The position numbers were made by a program, and so were the translations under genes. A stretch of DNA of 60,558 nucleotides. It comes from an uncultured Pseudomonadota bacterium (lineage in GTDB: Bacteria > UBA10199 > JADFYH01). The notes below the pieces were generated by a model. The model saw only the letters and a program-made list of their open reading frames with translations, was not told the DNA's origin and ran no database searches. The DNA lies in assembly GCA_964609335.1 (NCBI GenBank), contig CAZSRQ010000001.1, positions 1 to 60,558 of the forward strand. Direction: 5' to 3'. Shown piece by piece: positions 55,159-60,558 of this stretch (the first letter of the stretch is position 1; every line of letters begins with the position of its first letter).

Positions 55159-57696
55159 TCAATTCTTTTCATGGAGAATTACTTCGCGATGCGGATAGGG
55201 AATCTCAATCTTGTTCTGTTTGAAAGTTTCATGGATCTTGTAGAAAAGATCGGTTTGAACTTCCCCTTTTTTCTCGACATCTTTGACCCAGGCTTTGAGG
55301 ATAAGATCAATGGAGGATTCACCAAATCCTTTAAATTCAACGTGCGGAGCAGGGTCGGAAAGAATGAAAGAGTTGGAGGAGGCAACTTCCACCAGAAGCT
55401 TTTTCACATTCTCCAGATTGGTATCATAGGCAACGCTGATTGGAATTGAAAATCCGGCGATCGAGTTTCCGTAGGTCCAGTTGGTCACATGAGAAGAAAC
55501 CAGTTCACCGTTTGGAATAAGAATAGTTGCCCGTTCTCCCGTTTCAAGAGCGGTCGATCTTGCACCAATCTGCCTGACTCGACCAATGACATTTCCAAGC
55601 TGAATCAAATCTCCCACTTTCACCGGACGTTCGATTAAAAGAACGATTCCACTCGCAAAATTATTCGCAAGGTTTTGCAATCCAAAGCCCAATCCAACTC
55701 CGAGAGCTCCGGCGAGAACCGTAATATTCTGGATATCAAAACCCAAAAGACGAAGTGCCACAAGAATTCCAACGAGAACAATCACATAATGGATTCCGGT
55801 ATTCAAGGCATGCTGAATTCCGATATCCCATTGCTGTTTTTTATAAAAATTTCTTTCTAAGATTGCCCGGATCAATCTCGAAACCACCATCGATAAATAG
55901 AGGGTCAGAAAAACAGAAACTCCCAAACCGATCGTCAAATTCATTTTTCCGATCAAGAAACCCTGGGCAAGAAATTGGTGACCCAGATTGACAAATTCAG
56001 GTCGAACATCCCAGATAGTGACAATCCAAAAAACAAACAGAACTGAAAATCCGAGGCTGACCCAATGATGCAGCGTTTTTTTCCATTTCGAAAGAAGATC
56101 AAAATTTATTTTAAAACGGGAAAATCCCTTTTCAAAAAAATTGTGATTGATCAGTTCATCGAATCCCTTTTTCAAGAACAAGAGAAGTGGAATGATTCCG
56201 AGCGATTTCAGACTTCCATCCGCCAGATAATCGGAAAGATAGGTATATCCCATTCCATCGAGCGCAATGATCGAGACCAAGATCAGCAGAATAAAAACTC
56301 TCAGAACAATCTTCAGAAAACGGGGCATCCATCGATTGGGATAGTGGGTAAGACTTGAAATCCAGCTGGCACGCGCAGAAAAGAACAGAAGGCCAAAAAT
56401 AAAAATATCCAGACACCATTGAATCAGACGACTCGCCTCGGATTCATATTCGAGAATAGAGGAGAGTAAATCAATGCAAAGATGAAGATAAATAAAACCG
56501 AAAAGGAAAATCGATCGAAAACTCATCCGATCGGCAATTTGTGGAGGAATCGTCAAAAGAGGGGGAAATGACCGATAGTTTCTGAGCAAAAGATAGATCG
56601 ATTGAACGATCAGAAAAAATCCATAGGCAAAACATCCTGAAACAAAAATGAACCATCCAATCGGCTGACGAAGATCGGAAAAGAGAAAAAGAATAATCCC
56701 CAAGACAAGAAAAGGGGAAAAGAAAACAACCGTCGCAGAAAAACTCGCGAAAAATCTTCTTCCGAATTTCTCCAAAATTGAAAACTCCCCATCCAGGAGA
56801 ACTTTTCCGGCAATTTTTCTGATCCAAAAAAGAACAAATCCGAGCCCCAAAATGGAAAGCAGGGCGATCAATCCCTGAAAATTTTTCGAGGTGAGCGTTT
56901 TAAAAACCTCTTTAAAATAATCGTGGATCAGATCGAGAGAAGAGGAAAAATTCTGGGCTCTGTATTTCAGTTCATGTTTCGCCAAAAAGAAGGTTTCTTC
57001 GGAAAATTTGGGCTGTTGGCGCATTTTAAAACGTGTAAAGCGGATCGATTCCCATCGTTGTTCCAAAAGCTGACGATTCTGCTCACAGAGTTGATAGGAA
57101 AGCGTCAATGCGGTCTTGTTTTTTCCCAACTGGGATAATATTTTTTCGATTCGATCATTCTGGGTTTCATAAAGCCGATTGAGCAAATTGAATTGTGCCA
57201 GTGAACTTGCAAGATCGGGGCTTTTTTCCCCTTTGGGAAGTTGACTCAAGGATAACTTAAGATCACCGATTTTTATCTGAAGAAGTTTCAATCGGCTGCT
57301 CAATCGAACCTGCATCTGGCTCACTTCATCAATCGGATGATCGATATCTTTCAAAACATCCCGATAGGAGTCGGCCATGAGTCGCCATTGATTGAGATAC
57401 GGCTTGAATTCTTCCGGAGTAATCTCCTCAATTTCCAAAAAAGCATTGGCCTTGGCTGTTTCGGTTTTAAGACTCGTCTGCCCTTCGACAATTCTATTTT
57501 GCAAAATCAGCTGATCACCTTGGATTTCGTCGAGTCGTTTTTTATAAGTTTCTAAACTGGCCAGATCTTCTGCAATAAGTGGATTCGCCGGTTGGGAGGT
57601 TGGAGAACTTTCGGGAGTTTCAGCCTGAACGATAAAAGAGCGGGTAAAAGCAAAAAAAGATAAAAACAGCAGGATGAAAAGAAGGGTTTTCTTCAT
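55159..57696 (-). CDS. large mechanosensitive channel, MscK/KefA-like (MscS family)
   Basis: 845 aa. Signal peptide, long coiled-coil periplasmic domain, ~10 TM segments, and the MscS core GVGLGFGLQNLANNFASGIVLLIERPVKVGDLIQLG. Confidence 0.85.
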   Translation of the reverse strand: MKKTLLFILLFLSFFAFTRSFIVQAETPESSPTSQPANPLIAEDLASLETYKKRLDEIQGDQLILQNRIVEGQTSLKTETAKANAFLEIEEITPEEFKPYLNQWRLMADSYRDVLKDIDHPIDEVSQMQVRLSSRLKLLQIKIGDLKLSLSQLPKGEKSPDLASSLAQFNLLNRLYETQNDRIEKILSQLGKNKTALTLSYQLCEQNRQLLEQRWESIRFTRFKMRQQPKFSEETFFLAKHELKYRAQNFSSSLDLIHDYFKEVFKTLTSKNFQGLIALLSILGLGFVLFWIRKIAGKVLLDGEFSILEKFGRRFFASFSATVVFFSPFLVLGIILFLFSDLRQPIGWFIFVSGCFAYGFFLIVQSIYLLLRNYRSFPPLLTIPPQIADRMSFRSIFLFGFIYLHLCIDLLSSILEYESEASRLIQWCLDIFIFGLLFFSARASWISSLTHYPNRWMPRFLKIVLRVFILLILVSIIALDGMGYTYLSDYLADGSLKSLGIIPLLLFLKKGFDELINHNFFEKGFSRFKINFDLLSKWKKTLHHWVSLGFSVLFVFWIVTIWDVRPEFVNLGHQFLAQGFLIGKMNLTIGLGVSVFLTLYLSMVVSRLIRAILERNFYKKQQWDIGIQHALNTGIHYVIVLVGILVALRLLGFDIQNITVLAGALGVGLGFGLQNLANNFASGIVLLIERPVKVGDLIQLGNVIGRVRQIGARSTALETGERATILIPNGELVSSHVTNWTYGNSIAGFSIPISVAYDTNLENVKKLLVEVASSNSFILSDPAPHVEFKGFGESSIDLILKAWVKDVEKKGEVQTDLFYKIHETFKQNKIEIPYPHREVILHEKN

Positions 57697-57723
57697 TTTT
57701 TATTCAATGATAGACTGCTTTGG

Positions 57724-57854
57724 GGGCACCTCTAAAAACTCAAATGTATGGTTCGACTACGCTCACCATGTCCCTATAGCTTATTGATTTCCTGGGTGGG
57801 ACATCCTGAGCCTGTCGAAGGATCATTGAGAATCATGAGTTTTTAGAGGTGCCC
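57724..57854. repeat. REP/MITE-like nested palindrome, family A (core 1, different outer arms)
   Basis: The outer arms GGGCACCTCTAAAAACTCA / TGAGTTTTTAGAGGTGCCC enclose GGTTCGACTACGCTCACCATGTCCC...GGGACATCCTGAGCCTGTCGAAGGATC. Confidence 0.8.
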
Positions 57855-57907
57855 TTGGACTTAATTCTTAAAACAAGAAGTTAATCTAAAATAAGAAGGA
57901 AATAAAT

Positions 57908-58534
57908 ATGTCTTTTACAAAAATTAACCTTTTTTTGGTTTTATTGACATTCTTTTTTTCAACCGCTCACGCTGTAGAAATTCAAGGATACGTTCGAAGT
58001 GTCAATTATGAAGGGCATAGTTTTTCAGTCGATCTTCCTCCACTCCAAAGAGTCTGGGTATTTCCGACAACAAACTTTGATTCCGGAACCGGTTATGAAG
58101 GATTTAAATCGATCAAGGAAAAGGATTATGTTTCTGTGGATGGCTCTCTGCAAAAAAATGGTCTCTTTACCGCGAAAACAGTGAAACTGGTAAAACCGAT
58201 CCAAGCCTCAAAAAACAGATCCGAATTGAATGTCGATCTGAATCAAACTTTTACACTCGAAGTAAATCAAAAAGCAAAAATTAATGGAGAGAATCTGACT
58301 CTGAAAGCGATTGAGATGGTCGATACTCTTTGCAAAGATGGGTTAAACTGTGAAGGAGAAGGATCAATCGGAATCCGAATTCTCGTTTCAAACAATAAAG
58401 GAAAAAAAGATCTTCTTCTTTCATCTTCCGGCGGACGAAAACCGGCAAAACCTGTTCAGATGGAAGCTTTGGGATATCAGATTGAATTGATCGAACTGGG
58501 TGAATCGGCAGCGGTTTTAGCGGTGAGAAAATAA
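57908..58534 (+). CDS. secreted hypothetical protein (208 aa)
   Basis: Signal peptide MSFTKINLFLVLLTFFFSTAHA. No family recognised. Confidence 0.55.
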   Translation: MSFTKINLFLVLLTFFFSTAHAVEIQGYVRSVNYEGHSFSVDLPPLQRVWVFPTTNFDSGTGYEGFKSIKEKDYVSVDGSLQKNGLFTAKTVKLVKPIQASKNRSELNVDLNQTFTLEVNQKAKINGENLTLKAIEMVDTLCKDGLNCEGEGSIGIRILVSNNKGKKDLLLSSSGGRKPAKPVQMEALGYQIELIELGESAAVLAVRK

Positions 58535-58580
58535 AAAGTACAGAGTTCGAAATTTTGAACCCTACAAAAACTGTTAGAAA

Positions 58581-59255
58581 TTATTTGAAAAAATCCAAAC
58601 CGGCTAGCTCTTCAAACCGGTCAACCAGAAAATCTGGTTTTGCCTTTTCAAGATCTGCCCTGCTCCTAAAACCATAACTGATGGCACAAGTGACGATACC
58701 AGCCGCTTTTCCACATTCAATATCGATCTCCGAATCACCGATAATGATGGTTTCTGGCCTCGTTTCAAAATCCTTGAAAATCGGGTTTAAAACTTCGGGA
58801 GAAGGTTTTTGAACTTTCAAGGTATCTCCTCCGATCAGCCATTTGAAATGAGGATCGATTTGTAGCCCTTCGAGAATTTTTTTCGAGAGAAGATAAGGTT
58901 TGTTTGTCACTACCGCTTTGGGATGATGAGAAAATTTTTCTAAGAAATCTATCACGCCAGAATATAAAACCGTTTCGTCGAGTAAATGTTCAAAATAATA
59001 TTCCCAAAAAGTTTTCACGACTCTTTTTAAATCTTTGGGGGATCGGTTTCCAAGCGCATCTTGAATCAGCTGAATCATTCCCCGGCCGACAAAATTGTCA
59101 ATCACCTCTCCCGGTAAAGATGGAAATCCTTCCTGATTCAAGGCGTAATTGAGGGAATTCCGAATATCCATTCGCGAATCGACCAGAGTTCCATCGAGAT
59201 CAAAAATTAAAAGTGAATTCATATATTTTTTTATCTCCTTGATTGAATTTGACAT
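58581..59255 (-). CDS. HAD-IA hydrolase, phosphoglycolate-phosphatase-like
   Basis: LIFDLDGTLVDS (motif I), VTNK (motif II) and GDSEIDIECGKAAG (motif III). An alternative start at 59222 (MNSLLIFDLDG) has AAGGAG 12 nt upstream. Confidence 0.75.
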   Translation of the reverse strand: MSNSIKEIKKYMNSLLIFDLDGTLVDSRMDIRNSLNYALNQEGFPSLPGEVIDNFVGRGMIQLIQDALGNRSPKDLKRVVKTFWEYYFEHLLDETVLYSGVIDFLEKFSHHPKAVVTNKPYLLSKKILEGLQIDPHFKWLIGGDTLKVQKPSPEVLNPIFKDFETRPETIIIGDSEIDIECGKAAGIVTCAISYGFRSRADLEKAKPDFLVDRFEELAGLDFFK

Positions 59256-59269
59256 TTATCTTGAGAAAA

Positions 59270-59370
59270 TAGATCTCTTACGTAAATCATCCAAAGTGAC
59301 CCTTCGACCCGCTTCGCGGAAGCTTCAGCGAGGCGAAGCGGGTCGAACCATCAATTTGGATTTAGATCTA
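59270..59370. repeat. REP/MITE-like nested palindrome, family A (core 2)
   Basis: TAGATCTCTTACGTAAATCATCCAAAGTGACCCTTCGACCCGCTTCGCGGAAGCTTCAGCGAGGCGAAGCGGGTCGAACCATCAATTTGGATTTAGATCTA. Confidence 0.85.
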
Positions 59371-59391
59371 ATGTCTTAAATTTGAAAACCT

Positions 59392-60558
59392 ATGCCGGCC
59401 AGAATCTATACTATTTCTGAAATCAACTCAGAGATCAAATCCCTTCTTGAAGGAAATTTCCAGTCGGTTTGGATTTCAGGCGAGATCTCCAACTTCAAAA
59501 ACCATTCTTCAGGACATTACTACTTCTCTTTAAAGGATGAAGGGGGACAAATTCAATCAGTGATGTTTCGCGGTTCAAATCGCCTTTTAAAATTCAAGAT
59601 GGAGGATGGACTGGAAGTCATCGCCAACGGGAGAATCACGGTTTACGAACCTCGTGGCAACTATCAAATCGTTGTCGAGTATCTGGAACCCAAAGGAGTT
59701 GGCGCACTCCAGCTCGCTTTCGAACAACTGAAGAAAAAACTCGAAGCAGAAGGATTATTTGACGCCGCCCGAAAAAAGCCATTTCCTTTTCTCCCCAAAA
59801 AAATTGGAATCGTTACCTCCCCCACCGGCGCAGCGATTCGCGATTTAATTCATATTCTGCAACGACGATATCCGAACATCGAAATTTTATTGAATCCGGT
59901 GAACGTGCAAGGAGATTCAGCCGCCAACGAAATCGCCCAAGCGATCGAAGAGTTAAACAAATTTGAGGATATCGATCTTCTCATCGTCGGCCGCGGAGGG
60001 GGATCTTTGGAGGATTTATGGGCATTCAACACCGAAGTGGTTGCCCGGGCGATTGCTGCGTCTCGCCTACCGGTCATCTCGGCCGTTGGACATGAAATCG
60101 ATATTACCATCTCCGATTATGTTGCGGATCTCCGTGCCCCAACCCCCTCTGCCGCTGCAGAGCTGGCAGTGCCGGTGAAGATGGATCTGGAGATGACCGT
60201 CCAATCAATTAAAATGGATCTTTATCAATCGATGAAAAGAATGCTCGATACTTTAAACGAAAAACTGAAATTTTATCGAAGCCATTTGAAACATCCAAAA
60301 ACCAAAATCGAAGAACTTACTCAAAAACTCGACGAATCAATCGATCGGCTAAAGTTAGCGATGGCAAACCATCTCATCCAGATAAAAGGGGAATTAGCGG
60401 TTTTTAGCAAAGCATTGAAAACACTCTCTCCGCTGGCGGTGTTGGAGAGAGGATATTCGATTACCTACCGGGAAGAGTTGAAAAAAGGAAAATTGAATTT
60501 GATTCCGATCAAAAATTCCTCGGAAGTAAATCCGGGAGAAAATCTGCAAATTCAATTC
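59392..60558 (+). CDS. xseA: exodeoxyribonuclease VII large subunit, 3' end off the window
   Basis: Absent from the ORF track because it runs to the window edge. Hand translation from the ATG at 59392 gives MPARIYTISEINSEIKSLLEGNFQSVWISGEISNFKNHSSGHYYFSLKDEGGQIQSVMFRG..., followed by GIVTSPTGAAIRD and VGRGGGSLEDLW. This is canonical XseA. Confidence 0.9.
   Translation, partial: MPARIYTISEINSEIKSLLEGNFQSVWISGEISNFKNHSSGHYYFSLKDEGGQIQSVMFRGSNRLLKFKMEDGLEVIANGRITVYEPRGNYQIVVEYLEPKGVGALQLAFEQLKKKLEAEGLFDAARKKPFPFLPKKIGIVTSPTGAAIRDLIHILQRRYPNIEILLNPVNVQGDSAANEIAQAIEELNKFEDIDLLIVGRGGGSLEDLWAFNTEVVARAIAASRLPVISAVGHEIDITISDYVADLRAPTPSAAAELAVPVKMDLEMTVQSIKMDLYQSMKRMLDTLNEKLKFYRSHLKHPKTKIEELTQKLDESIDRLKLAMANHLIQIKGELAVFSKALKTLSPLAVLERGYSITYREELKKGKLNLIPIKNSSEVNPGENLQIQF

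Overview
Bacterial chromosomal window of 60.5 kb, roughly low-to-mid 40s %GC by eye. It has no rRNA, one tRNA-Val(CAC), no CRISPR array, and no transposase, integrase or phage genes. All calls come from reading the supplied translations and the DNA by eye, using motif memory only; no searches were run.

Content from left to right:
- Two unrecognised proteins with hydrophobic hairpin segments. Each is preceded by the same ~40-nt motif carrying a homopolymeric G8/G9 tract.
- A near-complete ethylmalonyl-CoA-pathway-like cluster: Ecm/MeaA-type B12 mutase, double hot-dog MaoC hydratase, long acyl-CoA dehydrogenase, CitE/HpcH-type lyase and methylmalonyl-CoA epimerase. It is interrupted by small secreted-protein genes and palindromic repeats.
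- A long ThyX-like gene translationally coupled to a DUF1361 gene, then a vapBC module.
- A 7-kb gene for a ~2,335-aa protein joining a divergent biotin-carboxylase domain to a carboxyltransferase domain. It has a novel N-terminal region and no visible biotinyl domain. folB and a 2Fe-2S ferredoxin gene follow it.
- Beta-carbonic anhydrase, a thymidine/AMP-phosphorylase-family protein, and an NtrC-type sigma-54 two-component system facing a sigma-54 promoter.
- Phosphohexomutase, glpK and an esterase.
- An F1Fo ATP synthase operon (b', b, delta, alpha, gamma, beta, short epsilon) with a BrnT/BrnA-like toxin-antitoxin cassette inserted between atpG and atpD.
- tRNA-Val flanked by two HExxH proteins, a DUF433/DUF5615 toxin-antitoxin pair and an RluA-family pseudouridine synthase.
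- A 644-aa orphan whose TAA stop is followed in frame by 145 more open codons.
- An SNF2 helicase, a Thr/Cys-rich small-protein operon, an M20 peptidase, an MscK-like channel, an HAD phosphatase and partial xseA.

At least four families of nested palindromic REP/MITE-like repeats fill many intergenic gaps and create false N-terminal ORF extensions. My best candidate for something undescribed is the giant BCCP-less BC-CT protein, possibly working with the adjacent CoA-ester pathway. The toxin-antitoxin cassette inside the ATP synthase operon and the poly-G motif are the next most unusual items.
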